Assembly: GCA_913046315.1 (NCBI GenBank)
Contig: CAJWRW010000002.1
Coordinates: 9,246 to 73,245 of the forward strand
Source of the DNA: an uncultured Flavobacteriales bacterium
Lineage (GTDB): Bacteria > Bacteroidota > Bacteroidia > Flavobacteriales > BACL11
Direction: 5' to 3'
DNA: 64,000 nucleotides
Shown: positions 21,271 through 30,924 of the stretch, in pieces
How the letters are laid out: each line of letters opens with the position of its first letter
How positions within the stretch are numbered: position 1 is the first letter of the stretch
Program-made: the position numbers and the translations under genes
Notes under the pieces: model-generated
Told to the model about the DNA's origin: nothing
Database searches by the model: none
The model's input: only the letters and a program-made list of their open reading frames with translations

Positions 21271-22023
21271 ATGAATTTAACACTTAAAGTCTGGAGACAA
21301 AAAAACAGAGAAGATAAAGGCAGGTTAGAAAGCTACAATGTATCAGGAATTTCTGAACACGCTTCTTTTTTAGAAATGTTAGATATATTAAACGAACAAT
21401 TAATTACGGAAGGGAAAGAACCTGTTGCGTTCGATTATGATTGTAGAGAAGGTATTTGCGGTATGTGTTCTTTGTATATAAATGGGGAGGCTCATGGTCC
21501 TGATAGAAAAGTAACTACTTGTCAATTACACATGCGGATGTTTAATGATGGAGATACTATTTACATAGAACCATGGCGTTCTATTGCCATGCCAGTAATA
21601 AAGGATTTAATTGTTGATAGATCTTCTTTTGAGAGAATACAACAAGCGGGAGGTTTTGTTTCCGTAAATACCTCTGGGAATACGCAAGATGCAAACGCCT
21701 TACCAATTCCTAAAATGAACGCAGATAAAGCGTTTGATGCCGCTACATGTATTGGTTGTGGAGCTTGTGTTGCTACTTGTAAAAATTCCTCTGCTATGTT
21801 GTTTGTAGCTGCTAAAGTTTCTCAGTATTCTTATCTACCACAAGGGCAAGTAGAACGAAAGGAAAGAGTGTTGAATATGGTAGAACAAATGGATAAGGAA
21901 GGATTTGGAAATTGTACGAATACTGGGGCCTGTGAAATAGAATGTCCTAAGGGAATTTCTATTGAATATATTGCCAGAATGAATAAGGAATACCTTTCAG
22001 CAAGTTTATCTTCAGAAGATTAG
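21271..22023 (+). CDS. sdhB: succinate dehydrogenase/fumarate reductase iron-sulfur subunit
   Basis: Three Cys clusters: 'CREGICGMC', '[11 protein letters not shown]', '[12 protein letters not shown]'. Confidence 0.95.
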   Translation: MNLTLKVWRQKNREDKGRLESYNVSGISEHASFLEMLDILNEQLITEGKEPVAFDYDCREGICGMCSLYINGEAHGPDRKVTTCQLHMRMFNDGDTIYIEPWRSIAMPVIKDLIVDRSSFERIQQAGGFVSVNTSGNTQDANALPIPKMNADKAFDAATCIGCGACVATCKNSSAMLFVAAKVSQYSYLPQGQVERKERVLNMVEQMDKEGFGNCTNTGACEIECPKGISIEYIARMNKEYLSASLSSED

Positions 22024-22039
22024 ATTGAAATAATCTTTT

Positions 22040-22816
22040 ATGCAAGAGGGATTACATATCAGCATTGTTCAAGCCAATTTACATTGGGAAAACAAAAAAG
22101 AAAATCTTGCACACTTTTCCGCTTTTTTAAAGAATGTCGATTATACAGACATCATCTTACTTCCTGAAATGTTCAATACCGCTTTTTGCCCTAAGAAAAT
22201 CACTCTTGCAGAAACTATGGATGGGGAAACTGTAAGTTGGATGAAAACAATTGTACAGCAAAAAAAATGTGCAATTGCCGGAACACTAATGATCCGAGAA
22301 TCGGATAAAGTGTATAACCGATTGGTTTGGATTTCAAAAGAAGGAGTTGTTACTACTTATGATAAAAGGCATTTATTCTCACTAATTAAAGAAGATCAAA
22401 CACTTACAAAAGGGAAGGAGCGCTTAATTGTAGAGTTAGATAGATGGAAAATTTGCCCACTTATTTGTTACGATTTGCGTTTTCCGGTTTTCAGCCGCAA
22501 TAATATAGATTATGATCTTTTAATCTATTTGGCCAATTGGCCAATAAAAAGAATTGATGCTTGGGACACTCTTTTAAAAGCGAGATCCATAGAAAACCAG
22601 TGTTATACAATTGGGGTAAACAGAGTTGGAGAAGATGGAAATGGAGTGCCTTTCAATGGGCATACAAAAGGATTTGATGCTTTCGGAAATGAAATTTTAT
22701 TTGCAAAGGAAAATCAAGAAGAGCTACTTCAAATAATAATCAATCTTGATAATTTGAGATTAAAAAGAAGGCAAATGAATTTTTTGCAAGATAGAGATGA
22801 TTTTACTTTAATCTAA
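22040..22816 (+). CDS. carbon-nitrogen hydrolase (nitrilase superfamily; omega-amidase-like)
   Basis: Glu-Lys-Cys triad contexts 'LLPEMF', 'YDKRHLF', 'PLICYDLRFP'. Confidence 0.85.
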   Translation: MQEGLHISIVQANLHWENKKENLAHFSAFLKNVDYTDIILLPEMFNTAFCPKKITLAETMDGETVSWMKTIVQQKKCAIAGTLMIRESDKVYNRLVWISKEGVVTTYDKRHLFSLIKEDQTLTKGKERLIVELDRWKICPLICYDLRFPVFSRNNIDYDLLIYLANWPIKRIDAWDTLLKARSIENQCYTIGVNRVGEDGNGVPFNGHTKGFDAFGNEILFAKENQEELLQIIINLDNLRLKRRQMNFLQDRDDFTLI

Positions 22817-23890
22817 ATTCCACTCTAATTCCAAATCCCAATTCGAACGAATGGTAATTTCATTAGGATAATTAACTACTTTTTCTGCCTGAATTTTTTC
22901 TTGAAAACTTCCAGTATTCCACTTGCCGTCACTATTGCCGTCAAGTATGTATTTTAATTGGTAATTACCTGCATTTAATCCGGTTAAAGAGTAAGGAGTT
23001 TGAGCAAAAATAAATTCACTAACTACCTTTTCATTTTGCAATAACTGAAAAATAGCAGGGACATTACTAGCACTTTTAATTAGTAAATTTCCGGAAAGAG
23101 ATTTTTGCTGTTCAGTACTATCGTTAACTATAATACTATCAGCAGGAATGTTAGTCGCGTCAAGCAGCATTGAGCTATCCACGCCCACTATAGGGTCAAA
23201 AGCAAAAAGAGAGATAAAACTGTCCTGTTCGGCATTTACTGAACTTTGTAAAAATGCAATTTTTTCTCCTTCATTGTAAATGAAATCAAAATCAGTTAAG
23301 GCTACCATTTTGTAGTTCGTTGTTTTCAAATTTGGAAAAATAAACATCCCATTTTCGTCTGTTTTTGCAACATAATTAGGTTCTTCCTTAAAAATAGCAG
23401 TGTCATTTCTACTTTTATCAAAAAGCATAACCCATGCATTTTCTATCGCTTTCAAAGTGTAAGCATCTTTCAGTTTTCCAATTAAAGTTAAGCTGTCAAT
23501 TTGTTCAGCTGTAGAGAAAGTGTAGTTAAGAGTGTCTAAAACATTTTCTTCATTCAAATCTTTTATGCATTTGTTTAACGCAATGTAATAAGTAGTGTTT
23601 TGAGCAAGTGTATCATCCAGGGTTAACGTTAATATTGTTCCTTTAATTATTTTCTGTATACCCTTATTAATTGGGGGTGAGATGTAGAAATTTTCTTCCC
23701 AGTTATTCAATACGATAAATTCGTCAAACCTAAACTTAACTTCTACTAGGTTTTCATCTTCAACAACTTCAATAATGTTAAATAGTTTTGGAGCGTCAAC
23801 ATCTTTCTCCCCTCCAGTTGGGGCAACCATATTGGCACAACCGATAAGCAAGCTACAAGCACTAATTATAAGAATGAAATTTTTCATCAA
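22808..23890 (-). CDS. lipoprotein with Ig-like beta-sandwich domains, unknown function
   Basis: Lipobox 'SLLIGCANM' after a signal peptide. The remainder is beta-rich. No enzymatic motif. Confidence 0.6.
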   Translation of the reverse strand: MMKNFILIISACSLLIGCANMVAPTGGEKDVDAPKLFNIIEVVEDENLVEVKFRFDEFIVLNNWEENFYISPPINKGIQKIIKGTILTLTLDDTLAQNTTYYIALNKCIKDLNEENVLDTLNYTFSTAEQIDSLTLIGKLKDAYTLKAIENAWVMLFDKSRNDTAIFKEEPNYVAKTDENGMFIFPNLKTTNYKMVALTDFDFIYNEGEKIAFLQSSVNAEQDSFISLFAFDPIVGVDSSMLLDATNIPADSIIVNDSTEQQKSLSGNLLIKSASNVPAIFQLLQNEKVVSEFIFAQTPYSLTGLNAGNYQLKYILDGNSDGKWNTGSFQEKIQAEKVVNYPNEITIRSNWDLELEWNLD

Positions 23891-23906
23891 TACAAAGATA
23901 ATTTAA

Positions 23907-24038
23907 TTAGGTAATCGTAATAGTGGCAAGACTTATTTTAAGACCCTCAATTTCCAATAGTTTTTGTACACATACTTCCAATGTTGAGCCAGTTCTAATC
24001 ACATCATCTAATATGTAATATGTTTTAAGGATAATCAT
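23907..24038 (-). pseudogene. comF/PRTase-family C-terminal remnant (43 codons)
   Basis: My translation: MIILKTYYILDDVIRTGSTLEVCVQKLLEIEGLKISLATITIT*. 'ILDDVIRTGSTLEVC' is the PRPP-binding loop plus tail of ComF-type phosphoribosyltransferases. The roughly 190 N-terminal residues of the family are absent, and the upstream in-frame sequence runs into the nrdJ terminator. Confidence 0.45.
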
Positions 24039-24066
24039 AAAGCGATATACACAACTTAAAGCCAAG

Positions 24067-24096
24067 AAAAAACCCGCCAATTTGGCGGGCTTTTTA
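24067..24096 (-). terminator. Rho-independent terminator downstream of nrdJ (hairpin flanked by A/T runs on both sides)
   Basis: Stem cccgcc (24073-24078) / ggcggg (24084-24089), loop aattt. On the minus strand it is followed by TTTTTT. Lies 19 nt after the nrdJ stop. Confidence 0.7.
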
Positions 24097-24114
24097 TCTA
24101 TTTATATTCTATGA

Positions 24115-26703
24115 TTAGCCACATTTGCTATAACCACAATTTACACACTTCAAACAGCCTTCTTCATATACTATACATCCATCTGTGCATTCAGCACAAA
24201 CTTTATCATTAACTTTTGTTCCGTCTGGAATAAAAGTTTTCAAAGCTCTTACCACTCCGCTTTTCCAAGTATTGATATTGTCATCATAGAGGTTCATTTT
24301 ACCAATTAAATCTACTACATAATGGAGAGGCATTCCATGGCGTAAGACACCTGAAATTAGCTTTGCATAATTCCAAAACTCTTTATCGAATGATCTAGAT
24401 AATCCGCCCATAGTGATTTTATAACCTTCTTTATCTTCATATTGAAAATCGTATTGTGTAGCCCCATCTTCTCTTTTATTTTTAATTACCCATCCGTATT
24501 CTATTGATTGAGGAAGAACAAATACATCTTCAGTTTTACCTGTAAAAATTTCATAAGGACGACCATTCAAAAGACCCACAACAGCAATCCATTTTTCTTT
24601 ATTGTTTTGAAAACGAACTAACTTTGCATCTAATCGTTTTGGACGGGAAGGCGCTTTAGTTTCTTTAAACTCTGAGTTTTCAAGTACATCCTCTTTTTTA
24701 TCCTCAGCAGAAACTAAAACACCAGATCTTGAACCATCTCTATATACCGTGATTCCTTTCAACCCTTTGTGCCAAGAATCCAAATAAATATCACTTACCT
24801 TTTCAAGCGATACATCATTAGGTAAATTAATTGTTGAGCTTATAGAATGCGTCACATATTTTTGGACTACCGCTTGCATTTCCACACGCTTAATCCAATC
24901 AATTTCTGGAGCTGTACTGCCCGCATAAGGACTTTTAGTAATGTCAGTTTCTCCAGATATTTCCATCCACTTTTTAAGGTTGTGATGATAAACAGTAAAC
25001 TCTTGCCACTTGTCTCCTGAATCATCTATAAAATCTACTTTTTCTTCAGTATCTTTTTCATTCAGCTTTCTTCTTCTTTTATAGTGCGTCATGAATACGG
25101 GCTCAATTCCTGATGAAGTTTGCGCAAGCATACTTAAAGTTCCTGTTGGAGCTACTGTGCTTATTGAGATATTTCTTCTGCCATGCTCCATCATTCTTTC
25201 ATACACATCTGGTAATTCTTTTTCAAGCATTTGTACAAACTCTGATGTTTTTTCAATTTCAGCATCAAAACCAACAAAACTACCCCTTGCAAGTGACATG
25301 TCGATTGAACTATCAAACTCAGCCCTACACTTTTCTTTCATAATCTCATCAACTTTTGCAATGGCTTCATCAGAATCTATTGCCATACCAAGAGCAGCCA
25401 CCATATCGGCAAGAGCAGTAAACCCTAGACCTGTTCTTCTACCTTCTTCTCCAGTTTTTAAGAGCAATTCCCATGTTTCTTTTTCAACTCCTTTTATATT
25501 TTCTGGCTCATCATCAGCATCTACTTTTGCTAGAATTCTTTTAATGGCTTCTGTTTCCAAATCAACCAAATCATCCATCAACCTTTGCCCTTCATAAGTT
25601 GCTTTGTAGAAGTTTTCCATATTAAACTTGGCATCTTTTGTAAATGGCTTTTCCACAAACTTAAGCAGATTGATTGCAATTAACCTGCAACTATCTCCTC
25701 CTTGCATAGCAATTTCCGAACAAGGATTAGTAGAGGTGTTTTCATAGCCAGGGTATACAGAAGAGGTAGAATACCAATGTTGTCTGTCCCAGAAAATAAG
25801 CCCAGGTTCAGCAGTATTGTGCGCACATTCTATTATAGTATCCCAAAGTTCTTTGGCTTTTATGGTTTTAGTAAATTTAGGATTATCATCATCTATAGGC
25901 CACTTATGCGTATATTCAGTATCATTCTCAACTGCTTTCATAAATTCATCTGATAGGCGAATAGAAATATTAGCTCCAGTTACCTTTTGCAAATCTTGCT
26001 TAATTGTAATAAAATCCTCAATATCAGGATGTGCAATATCCATAGAAAGCATTAAAGCGCCTCTTCTTCCATTTTGCGCTACCTCTCTTGTGGTGTTAGA
26101 GAATCGGCTCATAAATGAAACTGCCCCAGAAGTACTTCCTGCAGCATTTGAAACCTTAGCGCCAGCAGGCCTTAAATTTGAAATGTCTACACCCACTCCA
26201 CATCTTCTTTTGAATAATTGTGCTAATTGCTGATCGGTATAAAAAACACCCCCATACGAATCGTGCAGTTCAGGCACAACTATACAATTAGAAAGAGAAG
26301 CTAATTTATAGTGATTACCAAGCGAACTCATGACACTGCCTTGTGGTATGATGTAGCCGAAGCCTTTAAAAAGGTTGTAGATTTTTTCTTCATTAAGTGG
26401 ACCTCTTTTTTGTCCGTATTCTGAAAGGAATTTTGCGCCACCATTTAAATCATATCTTAAGGCGTAGTCATTTTCAATTCTTGCAAATTCTCTAGCCATT
26501 CTTTTGTGCATATCATCAGGAGATAACTCTACAAATTTTCCACTATCATTAGTCATGGCATATTTATTCATCCAAGTAGTAGCAGCTAATTCATCCCCAT
26601 TGAAATAATTGATACACTCCTTTAGAACTTCATCATAATCGTAACTTTTTATTTTTGCATCTTTTGCAAAAACTTCCTCTGTGGTTTTGGTTTGTACTGT
26701 CAT
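24115..26703 (-). CDS. nrdJ: adenosylcobalamin-dependent ribonucleotide reductase (class II)
   Basis: 862 aa. Active-site 'STNPCSEI', 'STVAPTGT'. C-terminal Cys-rich tail 'CAECTDGCIVYEEGCLKCVNCGYSKCG'. Confidence 0.95.
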   Translation of the reverse strand: MTVQTKTTEEVFAKDAKIKSYDYDEVLKECINYFNGDELAATTWMNKYAMTNDSGKFVELSPDDMHKRMAREFARIENDYALRYDLNGGAKFLSEYGQKRGPLNEEKIYNLFKGFGYIIPQGSVMSSLGNHYKLASLSNCIVVPELHDSYGGVFYTDQQLAQLFKRRCGVGVDISNLRPAGAKVSNAAGSTSGAVSFMSRFSNTTREVAQNGRRGALMLSMDIAHPDIEDFITIKQDLQKVTGANISIRLSDEFMKAVENDTEYTHKWPIDDDNPKFTKTIKAKELWDTIIECAHNTAEPGLIFWDRQHWYSTSSVYPGYENTSTNPCSEIAMQGGDSCRLIAINLLKFVEKPFTKDAKFNMENFYKATYEGQRLMDDLVDLETEAIKRILAKVDADDEPENIKGVEKETWELLLKTGEEGRRTGLGFTALADMVAALGMAIDSDEAIAKVDEIMKEKCRAEFDSSIDMSLARGSFVGFDAEIEKTSEFVQMLEKELPDVYERMMEHGRRNISISTVAPTGTLSMLAQTSSGIEPVFMTHYKRRRKLNEKDTEEKVDFIDDSGDKWQEFTVYHHNLKKWMEISGETDITKSPYAGSTAPEIDWIKRVEMQAVVQKYVTHSISSTINLPNDVSLEKVSDIYLDSWHKGLKGITVYRDGSRSGVLVSAEDKKEDVLENSEFKETKAPSRPKRLDAKLVRFQNNKEKWIAVVGLLNGRPYEIFTGKTEDVFVLPQSIEYGWVIKNKREDGATQYDFQYEDKEGYKITMGGLSRSFDKEFWNYAKLISGVLRHGMPLHYVVDLIGKMNLYDDNINTWKSGVVRALKTFIPDGTKVNDKVCAECTDGCIVYEEGCLKCVNCGYSKCG

Positions 26704-26937
26704 TTTTGGCTCTAGATTATAAAAGTTGTATATATTTTACTGTTAAATTAGTGATACAATTTTACCAAAGAATAAAACCCTAATCACAATAACTGAAATT
26801 GTTTTTTAACAATTTTTTCAACTGCTATTAAATTTGAAATCCTACTCTATAATTGATAATACGGGTGAAAATAAGCGAATTTATTTTGTGAAATAAGAGG
26901 AAAAAAAATGGGATAGAATGTAATAAAAATATTTCAT

Positions 26938-27636
26938 TTAAGCAATAGCTTTTGACAAAATACTTTCAAACAATTTTCTTCCGTTTGTGCTATTCAGCTC
27001 AATGTCAGCAGCACGCTCGGGATGCGGCATCATACCAAAAACATTAAGGTCTTTATTACAAACCCCAGCAATATTTTGAATGGATCCATTAGGATTTGAA
27101 CTGTCAGTTACTTGCCCACTTTCATCACAGTACTTAAAAAGAATTTGCTCATTGTTTTCTAGATCTTGAATGGTTTCTTGACTAGCAAAATACCTACCTT
27201 CTCCATGAGCAATAGGAATTTTTATCGGACGCTCTCCAATCATATTGGTCACTATAGTATTATCAGACATTGTTTTTAAGTACACATTTTTGCAAATGAA
27301 TTTGTGATTTTTATTGGATAATAGCGCCCCAGGTAAAAGCCCTGATTCGCAAAGTATTTGGAAGCCATTACAGATACCCATTACGTAGCCGCCCGCATTT
27401 GCAAAACCAATAATCTCGTTCATAATGGGTGAAAATTTGGCAATAGCCCCAGAGCGTAAATAATCCCCAAAAGAGAAACCTCCTGGTAAGATTATAAAGT
27501 CACAGCCTTGCAAATCATGGTCTTTATGCCAAAGCTTTACCACTTGTTTTTTCATGATGCTTTCCAGCACATATACTATATCCATATCGCAATTAGAACC
27601 AGGAAAAATAACTACTCCAAATTTCATATTTTTCAT
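26938..27636 (-). CDS. purQ: phosphoribosylformylglycinamidine synthase, glutaminase subunit
   Basis: Type-1 GATase nucleophile 'GICNGFQ' and 'MMPHPER'. 232 aa, stand-alone. Confidence 0.9.
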   Translation of the reverse strand: MKNMKFGVVIFPGSNCDMDIVYVLESIMKKQVVKLWHKDHDLQGCDFIILPGGFSFGDYLRSGAIAKFSPIMNEIIGFANAGGYVMGICNGFQILCESGLLPGALLSNKNHKFICKNVYLKTMSDNTIVTNMIGERPIKIPIAHGEGRYFASQETIQDLENNEQILFKYCDESGQVTDSSNPNGSIQNIAGVCNKDLNVFGMMPHPERAADIELNSTNGRKLFESILSKAIA

Positions 27637-27663
27637 TTTTAATAATGGGGCAAAAGTAAATAA

Positions 27664-28584
27664 TTAAATAGAAAGTCGATAATAAAAAGATGTGATTAGA
27701 AAAAGAAAAAATAATATCTCGGTTAACCTTGTTTGTTTTGAATACACAAAAAAGTTTGCCACTATAACAGCAATGGGTGTAAGGGTTAAAAAATAGCTGT
27801 TATCAAAATTGATAAATACCAACAAAAGCAAATAAGCAAGGATAATAAAAAAAGATTTTCTTGAGCGAATACTTTTTTTATACATCCAAAAGAACAGCTC
27901 TAAAAAGGATAATATAATTATAGTAGCCGTAACTATATACCAAGCTAATTCAGCATAAGCTAACTTACTAAATGTGGGTAAATTTAGAGTAGGGAGCTTG
28001 TAAGCTGGTAGGCTATAATTAAAAGCAAAATCAAAAAGAAAAGTGTAAATCCAATACAAAAGTATAGGAAGTGCTAATCCAATTATAGCAATCAGAAAAC
28101 TTCTCCATGTCAAATTATTATAAGTCAGAAAAGCAACTAAAATAAGCGGGGAAAGCAATATCACATCAGTATAAAAAAGTGCAATAACAGATAATAAAAA
28201 ATTGGCATTAAAAGCTAATGAAAATGGCTTGTCTTTTTGAAAACATGCAAATACAGTATTGAGGTAAAAAATCAAAAGAAAAGAAACAAGCCAAGCATCT
28301 GCCTGAGAAAGAGAAGGAGTGCAAAGCAACAAAAATACTGGTGCTACCACCAAACTACTTTTCTTTATAACATCTTTTTCGTAAATTAAATTATTAAGAC
28401 CAACCGATTGTAAAATCGGAAGTAAAATACCCAATAAAAATACAGTTTTTGAGTTGAAAAAAGCATGACTATAAAAATCATCAATAGCATGCTGAAAAAT
28501 AGGTAATAAACAAAACAGTACTGCAAGCAGCATGTAAAATATAATTGTAATGGACCTTGTTGTTTTTAGTTGGCTTAAGAGCAT
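27664..28584 (-). CDS. polytopic membrane protein, unknown function
   Basis: 306 aa, about 9 hydrophobic helices, no soluble domain. Confidence 0.55.
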   Translation of the reverse strand: MLLSQLKTTRSITIIFYMLLAVLFCLLPIFQHAIDDFYSHAFFNSKTVFLLGILLPILQSVGLNNLIYEKDVIKKSSLVVAPVFLLLCTPSLSQADAWLVSFLLIFYLNTVFACFQKDKPFSLAFNANFLLSVIALFYTDVILLSPLILVAFLTYNNLTWRSFLIAIIGLALPILLYWIYTFLFDFAFNYSLPAYKLPTLNLPTFSKLAYAELAWYIVTATIIILSFLELFFWMYKKSIRSRKSFFIILAYLLLLVFINFDNSYFLTLTPIAVIVANFFVYSKQTRLTEILFFLFLITSFYYRLSI

Positions 28585-28634
28585 TTGTTGTTATAAAATA
28601 ATTACTTTTGCCAAAGTATTTTAAATTTTAAATT

Positions 28635-28811
28635 ATGAGTAATATTTGGTACGCAATTGGTGATTTTTTTGAATATATCTTTGGGTTTATGCCAATGATC
28701 GGCAATAGCATTAATTATGTTTATATAGTAGTTATTACTGTATTTTTAATTGTTTGGACAAATGAAATGATAAAGCATAAAAAGAACAACCAAGAGCACG
28801 GTTCATCATAA
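28635..28811 (+). CDS. possible small membrane protein (58 aa), not in the ORF track
   Basis: My translation: MSNIWYAIGDFFEYIFGFMPMIGNSINYVYIVVITVFLIVWTNEMIKHKKNNQEHGSS*. ATG start and one clear TM helix with a basic C-terminal flank. It fills an otherwise empty 220-nt gap. 6-nt convergent overlap with purD. Confidence 0.4.
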   Translation: MSNIWYAIGDFFEYIFGFMPMIGNSINYVYIVVITVFLIVWTNEMIKHKKNNQEHGSS

Positions 28812-30077
28812 ATCAAAGCCGATATCTTTTCTATAATATTTTCCTTCATAGCTGATTTTTTCAGCATTTGTAAATGATTTTGAAAGGGCATTTTCAATGT
28901 CTTTCCCAAATGAGGTTATTGCTAGCACCCTTCCTCCATTTGTTAAAATAGCCTCTCCACTGCTTTTTGTTCCCGCATGAAAAGCGATACTATTTTCCAC
29001 ATCCTCAAGCCCAGTAATAACTTTCCCTTTTTCGTATTTTTCGGGATAACCTCCAGAAACTAATATCACAGTAGTTGCAGTATCTTCGTTAATATGCAGA
29101 TCTTTTTCACTAAAAGTGCCATCTCCAATTCCTTTGAATAGATGCACTAAATCTGACTTTATTCTAGGAATTACAACTTCTGTTTCCGGATCGCCCATAC
29201 GCACATTGTACTCAATTACTTTTGCTTCTTTCCCTTCCAATATTAGCCCAATAAAAATAAAACCTTGATAAAGAATACCCTCTTCTTTTAAACCATCAAT
29301 AGTAGGCTTAATTATTTCTGTTTCTACTTTTTCCATAAAAAACCTATCAGCAAATGGCACAGGAGAAATGGCGCCCATCCCACCAGTGTTCAAGCCAGTA
29401 TCTCCCTCTCCAATTCTTTTGTAATCTTTGGCAGAGGGAAGTATTTTGTAAGAGTTACCATCAGTAAGTACAAAAACAGAAAGTTCAATACCACTTAAAA
29501 ACTCTTCAACAACTACCTTGCTACTGGCTTTTCCAAATTTAGCATCAGCAATCATGGACTTTATTTCTCTTTTAGCATCCTCTAAATTATCTAATATTAA
29601 GACTCCTTTTCCAGCAGCTAATCCATCAGCTTTCAATACATATGGAGGGCTTAAACTTTCCAAAAAAGCATAACCTTCCTCCAAATTCTCCTTATTAAAA
29701 GATTGATATGCAGCAGTAGGAATATCATATTTTTGCATAAACTCTTTTGCAAATTCTTTGCTCCCTTCTAATCTTGCCCCTTCTTTTGAAGGACCTATAA
29801 CGATTATATGTTGTAGGGATTCGTCAGCTTTAAAGAAATCAAAAATGCCATTAACAAGCGGATCTTCAGGACCAACTACTAGCATTTCTATCTCTTCATT
29901 TATTGCAAATTTTTTCAATGCTTCAAAATTATTTACTGGAATATCAACATTTGTCCCAATCTGAGCTGTGCCTGCATTTCCAGGCGCAATAAATAATTTA
30001 TTGCATGAACTAGATTGTGTAATTTTCCATGCAAAAGCATGCTCTCTTCCTCCACTTCCTATTAATAATATTTTCAT
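28806..30077 (-). CDS. purD: phosphoribosylamine--glycine ligase
   Basis: 'MKILLIGSGGREHAFAWK' N-terminus and ATP-grasp core 'YVLKADGLAAGKGV', 'EYNVRMGDPE'. Confidence 0.95.
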   Translation of the reverse strand: MKILLIGSGGREHAFAWKITQSSSCNKLFIAPGNAGTAQIGTNVDIPVNNFEALKKFAINEEIEMLVVGPEDPLVNGIFDFFKADESLQHIIVIGPSKEGARLEGSKEFAKEFMQKYDIPTAAYQSFNKENLEEGYAFLESLSPPYVLKADGLAAGKGVLILDNLEDAKREIKSMIADAKFGKASSKVVVEEFLSGIELSVFVLTDGNSYKILPSAKDYKRIGEGDTGLNTGGMGAISPVPFADRFFMEKVETEIIKPTIDGLKEEGILYQGFIFIGLILEGKEAKVIEYNVRMGDPETEVVIPRIKSDLVHLFKGIGDGTFSEKDLHINEDTATTVILVSGGYPEKYEKGKVITGLEDVENSIAFHAGTKSSGEAILTNGGRVLAITSFGKDIENALSKSFTNAEKISYEGKYYRKDIGFDL

Positions 30078-30145
30078 TTAAGTTGTTGTTTCATATAATT
30101 TTCCGTTAAAAAAATTTCAATTTTTATATTTATATAGTCCATTGA

Positions 30146-30898
30146 TTATTGTTCCAAAGCAATCATTAACTCCTCAGTCATTTCCAAATTATGAAATACA
30201 TTTTGTACATCATCATCTTCCTCAAACTTATCAATCATATTGAGTACCGTTTTTGATTTATCTACTTCTAATGCTTTAGTTGAATTCGGAATTCTTTGCA
30301 ATTCTGCTGATTGTAATTCTACACCTAATTCTTCTAGTTTTTTTTGCATTGCACTGAAATCGGAAAAATTGGTATACGCCAACACAATTTCACCCTCTTT
30401 TTCCAATTCTTCTAAACCTACATCAATCAACTCCATTTCAAACTCTTCCAATTCCATACTTACCTTTTCAGCAGCAATTGTAAAAACACCTTTCCTGTCA
30501 AAAATAAATTCCAAAGAGCCATTAGTCCCTAAGTTCCCGCCATACTTTGAAAAAATCGCACGAATATTAGCCACAGTTCTATTGTTATTGTCAGTAGTAC
30601 ACTCAACAAATACCGCTACTCCATTGGAAGCATAACCTTCAAAAGTCACTTCTTCATAAGAAGTGCCATCAGCACCAGAAGCTTTTTTTACAGTCCTTAT
30701 AATGGTGTCCTTTGGCATATTGGCACCTTTTGCATTTTGCATAGCAGTTCGTAATCTAGGATTGGTATCAGGATCTGAACCGCCTTCTTTTACAGCAACT
30801 GTCAATTCCTTAATAATGCGTGTAAAAATCTTTGAGCGCTTAGCATCTTGTGCTCCTTTCCTGTGCTTGATATTTGCCCATTTACTATGTCCTGCCAT
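30146..30898 (-). CDS. YebC/PmpR-family transcriptional regulator
   Basis: Hallmark N-terminus 'MAGHSKWANIKHRKGAQDAKR'. Confidence 0.9.
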   Translation of the reverse strand: MAGHSKWANIKHRKGAQDAKRSKIFTRIIKELTVAVKEGGSDPDTNPRLRTAMQNAKGANMPKDTIIRTVKKASGADGTSYEEVTFEGYASNGVAVFVECTTDNNNRTVANIRAIFSKYGGNLGTNGSLEFIFDRKGVFTIAAEKVSMELEEFEMELIDVGLEELEKEGEIVLAYTNFSDFSAMQKKLEELGVELQSAELQRIPNSTKALEVDKSKTVLNMIDKFEEDDDVQNVFHNLEMTEELMIALEQ

Positions 30899-30924
30899 AA
30901 GTTGTTTTTTTCAAAAATAAAAAA

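Noticed and set aside
24115-24200. Eight-cysteine C-terminal tail of NrdJ (CAECTDGCIVYEEGCLKCVNCGYSKCG).
   Set aside because: A Cys-rich zinc-finger-type tail is, as far as I recall, a known common feature of class II RNRs involved in re-reduction. Not novel.
25091-25597. Long antisense ORFs inside well-supported genes. Examples: 25091-25597 and 25817-26233 in nrdJ, 9278-9640 in sufS, 30240-30635 in the YebC-family gene, 42578-43009 in msrBA, 34968-35309 in metG.
   Set aside because: Each lies wholly antisense to a gene with clear family motifs. Each has a low-complexity Ser/Ile/Phe-rich translation typical of the reverse frame of AT-rich coding DNA. None has a recognisable motif.
26796-26818. 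Perfect 8-bp AT-only hairpin (aaattgtt/aacaattt, loop tttt) followed by T's in the nrdJ upstream region. Considered as a riboswitch, NrdR box or terminator.
   Set aside because: It is oriented as a terminator for the plus strand, where no gene ends. The stem is all A/T and weak. I could not recognise a cobalamin riboswitch core or a palindromic NrdR box in 26704-26937.
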